A stretch of 50,843 nucleotides of DNA, counting the filler, from Catajapyx aquilonaris (lineage: Eukaryota): NCBI GenBank assembly GCA_000934665.2. It is 3 parts of 3 records of this genome, joined end to end, with 100 filler letters (N's around TTAATTAATTAA, not from the genome) between each part and the next. Parts side by side here need not be neighbours in the genome. Positions count along the whole stretch, not along the records: positions 1 to 18,854 come from KZ539679.1; 2 more parts are not named here. One strand, given 5' to 3'. A model generated the notes under the pieces. That model worked only from the letters and a program-made list of their open reading frames with translations. It was not told the origin of the DNA and ran no database searches. The stretch's first letter is position 1; each line of letters opens with the position of its first letter. Positions 1 to 12,320 of this stretch are shown here, one piece after another. The position numbers and the translations under genes are program-made.

Positions 1-139
1 ATGCAAAATGCCTCGGCAGGTGATAACGCCAGAACGTAGTATAAGTGTCCGTGGGCTGGCGGCAGCAAGTGGGTGCTGTCACAAGGTGATTTAGCGTGCA
101 AACGCTGTGGTAAGGGTGCAGTTTAGCTCCGCAAAAGGC

Positions 140-1225
140 TTGCAGGTTTCTATATATTTTCTGAATCTCCTTGACGCGCTGAGTTGAATGATACTATTCC
201 TAGTGTGCGAAAATGTTTCGTTCAAGAGTAATTGAATTTTGATATTGCAAGTAATAATTTATAATTAATAATCATTCACACCCCGTTATCAGCCTGGTGG
301 CTCTTTAGGGGGAGAGTTCATCCCAATTTTGTTTTGACTGGAACTCTTTGCTTTTTCATATTTACTTCGCTTTTTGCAATAGGATATGGATGGAAGGAAG
401 AGGCTGTGGCCTATTATTTAGGAAGCAATCCCGGAATTCTCCTGGGGGGACCATGGGAAACCACAGAAAACCATGGTTAGGATTGCCGGCCCCGGGACTC
501 GAACCCAGGACCTCCAGATTAGCAGTCGAACGCCTTATCCACTTCACCAAACTGCTTCGGTTGAAATTGCAAGTAATGACAATGAATAAATTAAAATAAA
601 CAAGTGTTCCTTTGTTGAAAAAGTTTACTCCCATTGTTGAGTGAAGGCATGTCGAAATGGTAATTTTACATGTAATTTGGGGGTTGTATGTTCGCAGCAT
701 TACTGTCCGCCTTGTGGCGACGTAGATGTGTGTTGCGTGATGTGACTGTGGCAAGGCCACAATAACATTGGTTGGCCTGCGGCGCCACAAGACGGACAGT
801 AAATGTTGCGGATTCAAAACTCACAATAAGCGCCTAGCTCCGCTTACGCTCCGCATTAACTACAATTATCACACACGAGTGAAGTACCGTGCCTGGCAGG
901 GCCACAAGATGGGACAGTACTGGGGCAATCACTCCAATGCCTCACAGATAACACCAACGCCTCACAGATAACACCAACGCAATAAGCTTACCAAGAACAA
1001 CCGTTTATTTACATAATTCAGGATCCCCTCACAGCACGTTGCCATGACAACTCTCACGTTTCCACGGAGAATCACCTCACGCAACAATGGAAGTGAACAG
1101 TCTCCACAAAGGAATACTTGTTTACTTTCGTTTTATTCATTGTTATTACTTGACACACTCTAGGAATAGTGTCATTCGACTCAGCTCAATGAGTATATTC
1201 AAAAAATATACAGAAACCTGCAAAA
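140..1225. mobile_element. Old foldback/TIR element interrupted by a SINE
   Basis: 140-207 is the reverse complement of about 1155-1222, and 568-619 is the reverse complement of about 1102-1153. There is an internal 20-bp tandem duplication at 940-979. Confidence 0.6.
256..565 (-). mobile_element. tRNA-derived SINE family C (Ser-GCT-like head)
   Basis: A/B boxes with a GACTGCTAATC anticodon-like loop. 12-bp TSD ATTGCAAGTAAT at 244-255 and 566-577. Paralog at 31017. Confidence 0.85.
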
Positions 1226-1550
1226 TTTTTGCAGGACTAAACTACCCCGAAGCCAACACTGCTTTGGGAATCAACCGTTAGCCTCACTTAAACCTGAAAG
1301 GTCTTCAGCGGTAAGAGGCTGATCTTTCAGATCTTCCTCACTTTGTTTCTCTCTCCATCTATCCACCATTGTAGCTTCTTAGAGCCAGATAGATAGTCTC
1401 TCAGTTGCTTTGCTTCTTTTCATCAAACCCATCAGCCCATTGGCCATATTGGCCAAATATATGGGAGAGGCAATAGTGCCAGTGCACCCTGTTCCGGAGT
1501 ACATAATGGTAGCTAGAATTTTTATTAACTTGGCATGGCAGTTAACTTAA

Positions 1551-1964
1551 AGGGACACTCCACTCAAAAAACAAGTTTGGCTCTAAAAATCGGGCAAAAA
1601 ATCCTGAATCCGAAGGTGCAATCCTTTTATCACTACGCAGAACGGTAATCCCAGGGCGAGGGGTCAAAGTGGGGATTTTCAAATAGTGCGCTAGAAGCTG
1701 GCCGTCCGCCAGCAATGCCCTCGGGACTTTGGGAACTGGAGGGCTGCTCCCGCCTGCCTGTGCGCTTAGGCCCATCCCAGAGCGGTGCAGCCCTCCAGTT
1801 CCCCTGTTCCCCGCATGGTGGCGCCGCTCATTAGCAGACGACGCACTTCGACATCTCGCCCTGGGATTACCGTTCCACGTAGCGAAAAAAGAATTCCACC
1901 GTCGGATTCAGGATCTTTTGCCCGATTTTTAGAGCCAAACTTGGTTTTTGAGTGGAGTCTCCCT
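1551..1964. mobile_element. TTAA-flanked MITE with long TIRs (Kolobok-type AGGG ends)
   Basis: TTAA|AGGGACACTCCACTCAAAAA...TTTTTGAGTGGAGTCTCCCT|TTAA, with TIRs of about 100 bp. Confidence 0.85.
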
Positions 1965-1978
1965 TTAAGACACACTTA

Positions 1979-2306
1979 GGGGAGACGGAGTGGTGCTGCG
2001 GGAACGTATGCAGCCACGGATGTTAAGGTCCCAGGTCGATCCCAGACCAGGGACACCCCCTTCATCTCGTGCAGAGTTCATTGGGTCACCTCTGGCTTCG
2101 TTTTGGGTGGTATTTCCTACAGACTAAACCACCCGGGGGAGTTCACTAAAAATGGCCACATAAGGACATTGCACTGCACCTTGCACATCCCCTCCTGTCA
2201 TCTTGCCCGTGGGCCCCAGCATTACGTATAAAGGTTCCAATGTATGTATGAGTATACAATAATGGTCCGTGCTATATACCCCCGGTTGAGGTCAAGCACT
2301 ACCCGG

Positions 2307-2357
<51 letters not shown>
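1979..2357 (+). mobile_element. SINE family A with (ATT)n tail
   Basis: Degenerate tRNA-like head and a body shared with 13973-14312, followed by a microsatellite tail. Confidence 0.75.
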
Positions 2358-2359
<2 letters not shown>

Positions 2360-2558
2360 GACACACTTATACAATGCTACTTCCTCTAATTTGACAGGTC
2401 ATACTAAAGTTGATTACCTAACTTAAGATAACCCAAACTTGTCTTAATACTACTGCATCTTAGAATGATGTGTTCTCAAAGAATGCAGCTTTGTTCACCC
2501 ATGTGTGCATCATCCCACACACAAACACACAATAACAAATGCATCAAGAAAAATTCAC

Positions 2559-5500
2559 CTTAGATTCCACTATCCTGACCACACAATGCTTGTCCTTCCC
2601 ACGGAAGATAAATGGGACGTGGATTTTCCCTAGAGTGACCCATCCAAAGCGGCCCTTGGAACTCTCTGCATCCACACGCTCCTTGTCAGCCTCTTCATCT
2701 GTCTTTCCTGCCTGTTGCTGCTGGGACTGCTGAGACTGGGTCTGCTGCGTCGTTTGAGGCTGCTGTGCAGGTCTTCGGCCAAAGTAGTTTTGGATGGTGG
2801 TCTGCCCTGGTGTGGCAGTAACCAGTGGCACCCTGGTGGGTCCTGTCCCAGCGAGAGTAGCACTGGCAGCTGTAGTGGCCGCCATACGGTTTCGGTTGGC
2901 CTCCACCATCTTTGCAGCCATCTGGCTGATCTCTTCATCTTCAGGACTCTCATGTTTGACATGCACCCCTTGCAGTACAGTTCCACTGCCACCGGCTGTA
3001 AATAGAAATAATAGTCCTAGATGAATACAGTAGGTCGTTGTTATATAACTTGAATTAGATCCATGATACAGAGGAAATACAGTAACAATAAAGATATGCC
3101 ATGTATCTCGCAATCACGTGCCTGCAAGTGGTTTAAAAATTCCAGGTGTCACAGATCCATTCCACTGCCCTGGCAATGTGGTATCTGTCATACTACTATC
3201 ATTTTTTTCTAAAATATTTCAAACCACTGGTAGATAAGTGACTGCAAGATACATAGCAGATTCATGTAGTGACTGCATTTGACAATACATTTCAATGGAT
3301 TCTGTCTCTTCTATGCCCAAAACTGAATAACAGCTCTCTTCCCCTCCACTTGATCTTCTCATATGATTCCTGTATGCACTGATGCACATGCGGCATACCC
3401 ATGCGCACTACTTGGTTAACTCAACTTTTCGGGCCTTCCTATGGGCGAATTCATCAATGATGTCGAAATTCAATTTTTGGGCAAGAGTGGCATTAAGGCA
3501 TAACATTCCAAAGGAATTCAGTCACTGCTGCCCCATTCAGTGCCGGTGAAACAGATTCAGCCCGGGTGGTGAGTAATAACAANATTTTCGAAATTCAAAA
3601 CAAGTGCAATTATTACGGGATAAATTTATTAGTAAGAGCAATATTACCATAAATGATTTTCATTTATTTGCGAATTCAGAACTGCCTTTCGAATTTTTCG
3701 ATATGAATTCTTCCATTAACGGTTAATCATCAAGTTTGTCGACCTCTTCGGAATAAATATGCAACATTGTTACGGCGTTAAATCGATTTTGGGACATCGG
3801 CATTATTCGAAGATCATTTTTCAGACGTTTCAGGACCGAAAAACGAGCATGACAATTTTTTCTGGTGATATTTCTTTTCATTTGACCATTTGCTCCCCGA
3901 TTTCGGGTGGGGAATTTCCCTATGCGGAATCATTCAGGTGGGGAGTGCTCCACACTTACACCAGGTTTTTCACCGGCCCTGGCCCCATTGATGATCGCGT
4001 CTCACTTTTTATTCTGGCCATAGCACTGAAGGATCGTCCCGCACCGGCAACTGAGACTGAGACTGGGGGGGTACAGAATAGAAAATTCATCTCTTATTAA
4101 TATTACCAACTTAAAAATTTTACCATACAGGTAGCCGGCCCTATCAGATCATCAAAGCGAGAAAAAAAAAGCAGTTTTTGACGAATACTACCAGGTCACG
4201 CAGGCTATGGGAATTTTTTTTCTGTCCCACACGATCCCATTTTACTCAGGTTTCACTGTACTTAGATGGGTTCCTGGAAGAAATGGGAGAACCCCGAGTA
4301 AACTCAAAAGAAGAAGCCTAAAAATGGAATTAAGGAAGTTCCTAGGTTCAATTGCGAGGCCAGAATTCAAGTCTTTTTATTCATGCAGTACTATATCTGC
4401 AGATCAGTCATGTTGTAGGTGAATGTTCTGCTAGGGAATGTACTAATGGTCAGCCATTGCCATTGAATTTGTACCTCCCTTTATAGTCACCTATCCTCCA
4501 CTATCTTGCAGTACTGTTATTGAGATGGTCCTAAGTTTGTGAAACTGAAATAAATGACATTGTACCAGATATCCAACTATGGTGGACTAGCTCCATTTAT
4601 AACAGCAATGTAAACTGCTACTACAGGGTGGACAGAAAGTTTCGGAACCCCCCAGGTTTTTTAACCCTACTTTTCACAGTGTCTTTTCACATCTTTTAAA
4701 AGCCTACAAGCAGTTCTAATGTACACTATCTTTTGAAGCATAATCTTGAGAACATCTGAGCACCTTCGCTCTCGCAATTCCATTAATAACTTCGCCTCTG
4801 TGACTCATCTAAACATCCTATCTGTTTTGCGTTTATTTTGCTTGTTGCCTTGGAGGACCCCTGGTCATATTCTGTGTCAGAAAAGGTTTTTATGACCCTT
4901 TTCCATGAGTTCCCCTTCATGCAAATGTTGTGAACTCACTCCTGACCTTATTTTTCACATTGGTCCATATCTTGGTCCAATAAAAATTTGAAAAGGAATG
5001 CATGAAATGGCGGACCCGGATGCATTACTTTCGAATTCTCACATTGGTACCATCACATTTGTCTCCATTTTTACTTTGAAATAATTTTTTGTGCGAAAAG
5101 ACGTGAATGAAAGGATGTCATGTTGATTAATTTACCAAGGTAGGACTGTTTACTGTCCTTTCCCACCAAAAAATTATTTTCAAGTAAAAATGGAGACAAA
5201 TGTGATGGTACCAATTCGAAAGTAATTCATCCGGGTCCGCCATTTCATGCATTCCTTTTCAAATTTTTATTGGACCAGGTAATGGACCAATGCGAAAAAT
5301 AAGGTCAGGAGTGAGTTCACAACATTTGCATGAAGGGGAACTCATGGGAAAGGGTCATAAAAACCTTACCTGACGCAGACTATGACCAGGGGTCCTCCAA
5401 GGCAACAAGCAAAATAAACGCAAAACAGATAGGATGTTTAGATGAGTCACAGAGGCGAAGTTATTAATGGAATTGCGAGAGCGAAGGTGCTCAGATGTTC

Positions 5501-8500
5501 TCAAGATTATGCTTCAAAAGATAATGTACATTAGAACTGCTTGTGGACTTTCAAAAGATGTGAAAAGACGCTGTGAAAAGTAGGGCTAAAAAACCTGGGG
5601 GGTCCGAAACTTTCCGTCCACCCTGTATTACAGTAGAATCCCAATTATCCGACTCCTCGGATTATCTGACCATCCTGCTCCAGCAATAGATCAATGTTCA
5701 TCAAATTGTGTAATGCAGGCTTGCCAACCATTTGTTTTGTATTGCCTTATTTAAATTTTAAACAGCGGAGTGTATGTAAAAGATAACCACTTCATTATTT
5801 CGTAGAAAACCGTAATATTGTACATCATTTCATGATTTTGTTTTTTGTTGTGTTTCATTACAGCTTCCTTTGCTCCTCAGATTATCCGACCATGCCCCGG
5901 TCCCGTGGGTGACGGATAATCAGGGTTGTACTGTATTATTACTTGAATGGGATATTTGCAGTCAAAAATTTATTGCAATCCAGAACTTTAAGATTAACAA
6001 ACCCAAAATTCCTACAAATTTGGTCTCTGTAATAATCAGGACATGATGCATTATTTCCATAATTTGAAGACAATTGTTCCCATTTTGCATTTAAAAATGG
6101 TTTGGAAACCTAATTTTCATCGCTCATCCCACAGCCAACCATATAAAATAATAAATAATAAAAAAGTAAAAAAATTAAAAAAGTAAATAATAAGAAAAAA
6201 AAGCTCATGACTCCAGCATTGACTGATCAATTTTAAAGCAATGTCCAAGTAGCCACCCAAGGAAGAATCAGTAATAATAATGGATACCCCGTGATAGGCC
6301 CCTTGGGCCTCTTAGGGGATCATCTTTTGAATAACCGACTTTAATCATTTGCCTGTAATGTGATGGATTTCGATAGTGGGAGGAAACGGGAGAACCCCGA
6401 GAAAACCCACGCGAACACGGAGAGAACCCATCGAAACTCTATCCACGTAAGTATCCTCCGTCCCACCCGGGGATCGAACTCGGGACCTTAGAGGTGGAAG
6501 GCTGCGGCGCTAACCACTCGGAAGGAAGAATCAGTAATTGCAGTCACTTCTCATATTTTTCAACAGGGCAGGGTGTGCGGTGGTGTAGTGATTATTGCCA
6601 CAGCCTTCCACTTCTAAGGTGCCGAGTTTGATCCCTGGATCGGACAGAGGACACTTACGTGAATCGAGTTTCGATGGGTTCTCTCTGTGTTTGCGTGAGT
6701 TTTCTCAGGGCTCTCCCATTTCCTACCACAATCAAAATCCATCACAGTGCAGGCAATGATTAAAGTCAGTCAATTAAAAGATGATCCTTAAAACGCCCAA
6801 GGAGGCTTATCACAGGGTGTCCGTTATTATCATTATTATATTTTTAAACAGGAAAGTTGACTGCAAAAAAAAGGCCACAATGCAGACATGCCTCAGTGTG
6901 CTGAGGAAAGCATGTAACTATACCTTACGCTCGATTCTGTCGCAATGCATAATAGCAGTATAATGTAAAAGTATAGTGAAAAAGAGAAAAGCCTACAAGT
7001 GCATCATCATTATTCATGTCAAACTTATACAATTGACTCCAGGTATAACACCCTCGGCTATAACAGACTCGAAAGGCCAGTCCCGCCATACTTCTTATTC
7101 AACTTCTTTTCCCAGGCACAGAATATTGGAGCAGGTGTGATTTTTGCACCTGTCACTGACCTAAGCTACTCAAAATCATAATTTTTCTGGTATTTTGGCA
7201 CCAATGAGGTGGCAGAAGAAAAATACAGATTCTTTTGGTCCTGACAAGGAGGTAACAACTCTCCAAAAAAGTGTACACCCAGTTCCAGGCCGGTTCCATA
7301 AAGTTGTTACCCCTTTGGGACCTGCCCAATTTACGGTGAGTTAATTTTTCATTTTTGTCATTAGTTTGATTAATAAAATAATGCAGTCTTGGGCATTATA
7401 AGCATATAGAAATGTGTATTCCTTGCAAAAGTATTGATTTGTCTATAACAGACCTCGGTTATAGCAGACTCTTTCCCATGGTCCCTTGAAGTACTGGTAT
7501 GACATATCCAGACTGCATTTCAATTCTATGTATACTTTTCCAGAGGTGACCATTGCATACTTCCACCTTTCATAAGAGTGGTACTGATTTGCTTCACTTC
7601 TTAAAGTAAAATAGTTATTAATGCAACATCTATATCAATCAAGACGTTTGTGAGTCTGTCTGTCGCTGTCCCACTCTGTCTGTCTGTCCGCCCACCAATG
7701 CCATCTGGATGCGGTCCTTCTCCCGCCTGTATAACCCCAACCGTCCTTTGCCTGCCATCTGTGGTCCATCTGCAACACCTCTCCCGGCCTTCCTAATCTA
7801 TCAATAAAGACGGATGTGATTCTGTCTGTCCGTCCGTCCGTCCGGCACGCCAACCGTCTCATTCACCTGCCGTCTGTGGTCCGCTTCCTGCACCTCCAAC
7901 ATCTCCCATCCTTCCGACCCTGCCAGCCCCCGGACACTACCTCTACATTATTTTCTTATCGCCTGCCGGGGCGTTTTGCAGGAGGTGCTCACCTGCGAGC
8001 GCCATGTGACCTTTCACGGAGCTATTATGTGGCGACCCTACGGACTACGCTGAACTAGTACAAAAGGGAAGCCCTACATGTAGGCCCAACATGGCCACCC
8101 GAGCATATTGGGTCCCCCAATGTCGCACTTCCCTTTTGTACCTATAAAGTTCAGCGTAGTCCGGTAGGCTTGCCACATAATAGCTCCGTGACAGGTCTCA
8201 TGGCGCTCTCAGGTGAGCACCTCCTGCAAAACGCCCTTGCAGGGGGTAGGTGGGAGTGTCCAGACCTTAGTAGTCTATGACCATGGACCCGGCCTTCCTG
8301 AAAGTGTCATGGCGGCTCTCTGTGCGTGAAAATTTTTATGGAGCTACAGGTAGGTGTTATCCCTTCATTCATTTATTCCCGGGCAACACCGGGTATCACA
8401 GCTAGTTTATAATATTTTAGAACCATCATGTGTGTGCGTGTGCATGTCCTTTGAAAATTGGGAGTTATGTCTTTCCCAAACTCAGAATTTCTCAAACATC

Positions 8501-11500
8501 ATCCTGTATGATCACATGGCTATGAAGGCCCTGGAGAAGTATCCTATCAACGTAAGGGTTTACAGAATATGTGGATATGTTTTCATATTTATAGTTGGTA
8601 ATCCACTGTAATGGTTGTACGAGATCACCAGGTGAATGTACCTGGTCATCGCTGGCAACCCCATCTTGAGAGAATGCTGTGATTGATTGTGATTGTTGTG
8701 TGTGTGTAGTTGGTAATCACGGGTGGGTTTTTCATCCTGCTGCTACATCTCTGCTAGAAGACTGCTTCTGTTGGCAAGGATTTGCTCATAATTTTTTTCC
8801 TCCCATGAGTTACCATGGTTATTTGTTGTTGATACTGGTACTCCTCCTTTGCAGCGCAGCGCAATAAAAAACAGACGCGAGGAATTCAAAATTACTTTTG
8901 TGGAATTTTCGCCCCAATGCTAGTTGACACTAACTTCGCAGTCCCATACCAACAACTGATAACCATGGTAACCCATAAAAAAGCTTATGGGAGAATCCTG
9001 ATTAGCAGTAGTGGCTGCTAGCAGACTTAGCAGAAGGTCGAAAATTTCATCCCCTCATCTCATTGGTAGGAACAAAAAGGAAAGAGTTCATTAATAGTAT
9101 GCCAATACTGGCAAACAGCTTGATAAGAGTGTGAATATGTTGTCTTATCATAATTATAGCTTAACTCTTACGGCGCCGCCATTTTCCAGCGAAGACCAGC
9201 GGGAAGGGTGGCCACAACTTTAAGAATTTCTTTCTACACTCTCCGTAGGCCCATTCCCATGACATCCAGTGAGTAAGAAAGGAAATGACTAGGTCTTTCC
9301 ATCTAGGACAGTGGTCCCCAACCCCCGGGCCGCAGACCGGTACCGGTCCGTGTTCAATTTCATGATTTTCCGACATACTATCTGTGTGGAGCGGGGTTTT
9401 CTGCACTGACAGCAACCAATACGAAACAACGGAACAAATTAGACATAAGCAACACACTTCAGGTGTCATTGTCTCCTATTACCCCTCGATGAAACCGTCT
9501 CGTTGCAAAGAAACAAGCTCAGGGTTCTCATTGATTTTGAGTTCTAGTGAGGTGACACGTTCAATCACTTTATAAGTTTATATTCTTTTTTGGTGTAACT
9601 TTCTTTATTTTGAAGCCATGTTTAAGTACAATAAATTAAAATTATTAAATCAAAATAATCTATAACCCCCCCAAGCGGGCCGAGGTAAAATTATCAAACG
9701 TTGACCGGTCCTGGGCGATAAAAAGGTTGGGGACCACTGATCTAGGATGCATTTGCCTCTTCTAGTTAATATGAATCCCGTCTAACGTGCTGCGGAACTC
9801 TCAGAATCCATCATGTAAGCAACATCTTTGGTGAGCGTGCGGACCAGCCATGGTCTGCCTGAGTTCATTATTTTTTTAAAATTAGGTTGACATCTCCTTT
9901 TTCACATAAAACATATCTCATCAAGATAGGGTAGTTAGAACCCATAAAAATAATTAAAATTCATCAGGGTAAATGAATACGCAGAGTGCTTAGTGCAGGC
10001 GAAGATATTCAAGAGCCAATCGCGTGCGAGATCGAGAGCTGGAGAGCCAATGGCTGCGCAGAACAAACCCAAATAAGGCCACGGTAATTAGACGCAAAAA
10101 ACAATTAATTGTGACGTAATGGATTATCATAAGCGTAAAAATTTTACAAAATACGCTCGGGTATATGTATTATTTATAAATAAATAAAAACCATGTAGCT
10201 TACAGCTAATATTTAAAATTATTTCTTGAAATAGTTCTCATGCTGTTCCCTGAGTGGCCACCCAAATGACCCCACATCATGGCCGCTGGACATTCCCACT
10301 CACTGAGATTTTTCATGTAAGTTCTACTTATAGTGCTTGCGAAGAGGGTGAACACCGAATTCATTTACCCATTGTCAAAGTTCCGTAAAAAATTCGCAGT
10401 CTTGTTCTCACCCGTATGTCAACCGGCGCCCTAAGAGTTAAGTCTATGTGTGCAGCTTTCTTCCAAATTGTATAGCGTATTTGTGGCAATTATTATTTTA
10501 CTCAATTTGTCCTTACACTCACACTCTGAATTGCTACCAGCAGCTTTTTCAGATTTGGGGCTAGTAAGCTACCGGCTACCAGCAGCTTTTTCGGATTTGA
10601 GGCTAGTAATAATAATAGAATTAGAACCCTAGGGCCGAATTCTGAGAGGTTGCTTAACGTAGACGCGCCCGATTAAATCCTTTAGTCATCCTCGATTAGC
10701 AAATTTAATCAACCTGTTAATACAAAGACGGCGATTAGCGCTAAACGCCCCCTAATNNNNNNNNNNNNNNNNNNNNNNNNNNNNNNNNNNNNNNNNNNNN
10801 NNNNNNNNNNNNNNNNNNNNNNNNNNNNNNNNNNNNNNNNNNNNNNNNGGGGGGGGGGGGGGAGGAAGAGGCACTGACTTGAGAATCACAGCCTAAGTCC
10901 ACTACACAACTGCAGGGTGGTCCTAATTCAGTGTCCACTGACTTGGCAATCGTGGATCTACTGTTACTAATGGACTATTTATAACTACTGTAGCTAACGG
11001 TAAGTGTATGACGATTAAATGGCAATTTCACACAGTAACAATATACCAAATGGATATACCACATATCCAAACTGGTACCTAGATTTTACCAGCCTTGATC
11101 ATCATCATTAAATTTCTACTTGACATTGCACCTTCAGCAAATATCCACTGTCAGGTTATGTATCTAATCAAACTAATGCATGCCCCACCAGAAAGCCAGA
11201 AGCTTTGTTGCTCGTATCCCTGTGTTCAAAGTCATGCTTGTTCCTGCCATATGTTACTCTCACAATATGGAAACTAAAGCCACAACTTCTGATGCAGTCC
11301 CATGCTGCATCCCAAATAGCTCCACTGCTTTTAAATACAAACAGCAGCTATTATCATTTTTTCAAAGGCCGAAAGTGTGCTGCCTGCCTCCCTCCCTGCA
11401 AGGTGGCAAGCCTTTGAATTGGTGCCCTATGAAGATGAGATGAATGTGTGCTTGGTCGAAATCTGGTAACAAGTGTGTGAATCTGTCACATGTGAGCCAG

Positions 11501-11834
11501 GAAACATGGCCGCCGGATCGGTACGGTTGGAGTAGGATGCGGGAAGGCAGGCTGTTGGCCTAAATAATTGGGAGGCGTTACGGCAGGGTGGTTGCGGGCT
11601 GGGACGGGGCATGGCGGCAAGTGCCTTGTCTCACCGCAGAACCTGCGAGCACACCGGACCCGCCCCCACCTCACAGCTGCATGTGCATCCAGCGCCCCTA
11701 TCTCCAACCCTAGGATAAGTGGAGCGAGCGGGGGAGCGCTGGATGGAGGGGAAGGAGGATGAGAAACAACGACCCGCGTCCGTACCTGTGGACTTGCTGG
11801 CGCCGGGGCCGTGAGCCGAGGGCAGTAGCGCCAT
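2559..11834 (-). CDS. Uncharacterised conserved protein, first two coding exons (gene continues past the left edge)
   Basis: Exon 1 is 11834-11786 (MALLPSAHGPGASKST, phase-1 donor GTACGG). It joins in phase to exon 2 at 2995-2559 (TACAG acceptor; AGGSGTVLQGVHVKHESPEDEE...Q-rich...DAESSKGRFGWVTLGKIHVPFIFRGKDKHCVVRIVESK; phase-0 donor GTGAAT). The RFGW..GK.H.P.I.R motif resembles an arthropod family I recall but cannot name. No further exon was found in 1-2558. Confidence 0.7.
4624..5625. mobile_element. 1-kb near-perfect foldback MITE (Tc1/mariner-type CAGGGTG ends, TA TSD)
   Basis: TA|CAGGGTGGAC...GTCCACCCTG|TA. Arms of about 470 bp are near-identical inverted copies with a short spacer around 5105-5155. 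Confidence 0.92.
5631..5933. mobile_element. pogo/Tigger-like MITE
   Basis: TA|CAGTAGAATCCCAATTATCCG...CGGATAATCAGGGTTGTACTG|TA, with internal ATTATCCGAC repeats. Confidence 0.7.
6276..6521 (-). mobile_element. tRNA-derived SINE family B (5'-truncated)
   Basis: B-box GAGTTCGATCC and ATT tail. 17-bp TSD AAGGAAGAATCAGTAAT at 6259-6275 and 6522-6538. Confidence 0.88.
6566..6838 (+). mobile_element. SINE family B
   Basis: Same body as the neighbouring copy in the opposite orientation, with an imperfect TSD ATATTTTT.AACAGG. Confidence 0.85.
7030..7516. mobile_element. Degenerate pogo-like MITE with internal insertion
   Basis: Subterminal TATAACAGAC/CTCGGTTATA repeats and a GGTCCC motif typical of pogo-type MITEs. 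The ends are decayed. Confidence 0.4.
7629..8405 (+). mobile_element. Non-autonomous Helitron with doubled 5' module and internal palindrome
   Basis: A|TCTATATCAATCAAGACG..(TCTG)n start at 7629 and a second A|TCTATCAATAAAGACGGATG start at 7797. The 3' end has the hairpin CCGGGCAACACCGG followed by CAGCTAG|T at 8405. An internal inverted repeat of about 110 bp spans 7965-8240. Confidence 0.75.
8725..9045. repeat. Degenerate foldback element
   Basis: Imperfect inverted arms (..GTTACCATGGTTATTTGTTG / CAACTGATAACCATGGTAAC..). Confidence 0.45.
9165..10437. mobile_element. piggyBac-type non-autonomous element (TTAA TSD) hosting a nested hAT MITE
   Basis: TTAA|CTCTTACGGCGCCG ... CGGCGCCCTAAGAG|TTAA. 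Confidence 0.78.
9309..9739 (+). mobile_element. hAT (Charlie/Buster-like) MITE
   Basis: TIR CAGTGGTCCCCAACC/GGTTGGGGACCACTG and a perfect 8-bp TSD ATCTAGGA at 9301-9308 and 9740-9747. Confidence 0.92.
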
Positions 11835-12320
11835 TGCATCGTGCGCCAACCGTTACACGCGACCGGTCTGCATCACTTGCACAAGCACACGCGGTCAGAG
11901 ATGCCCAGTCCACGTCGGCGGCGGGCGGGGGGGCCAGCAAACGAGGACGACAGCAACGGCAGCACCCCGACGTCCGATCTCTCCGATGGGCTATGCCTAG
12001 TTCCCCCGCTTCCCTCCCTCCCTCTCCATTCCCTCCAGCAAAACTTCCCCAGCATTCCCCCCTTCTCCCTCTCTCCCTGCACCCCCTCGACCTCCACAAT
12101 CTCCACGGCACTACCCTCCATGCACCAGGTGCCACGTAGCCTCCAAGCCACATCTAGCCTCTCGAATAGCCTCTGACTCCACCCACTTTCCACCATTCCG
12201 CGTGCCTCTGAGGCTACTCCGCGGTCCGACCAATCGGAAGCCCGGATAGAGCTGACAACGCCCGGAGGTAAAAATACCCCGGTGACGTCAGTCCGCGCTC
12301 CCCCCTTTTCACCCCCTCTT
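11835..12320 (-). promoter_or_regulatory. CpG-rich 5' UTR/promoter of the minus-strand gene
   Basis: GC/CpG-rich island directly upstream of the ATG at 11834. It has CCAAT at about 12230 and a perfect CRE TGACGTCA at 12283-12290. Confidence 0.5.

Noticed and set aside
2244..2426. Poly-Ile, poly-Asn and poly-Leu ORFs (also at 27816, 31192, 31286, 47856)
   Set aside because: They are translations of (AAT)n microsatellites.
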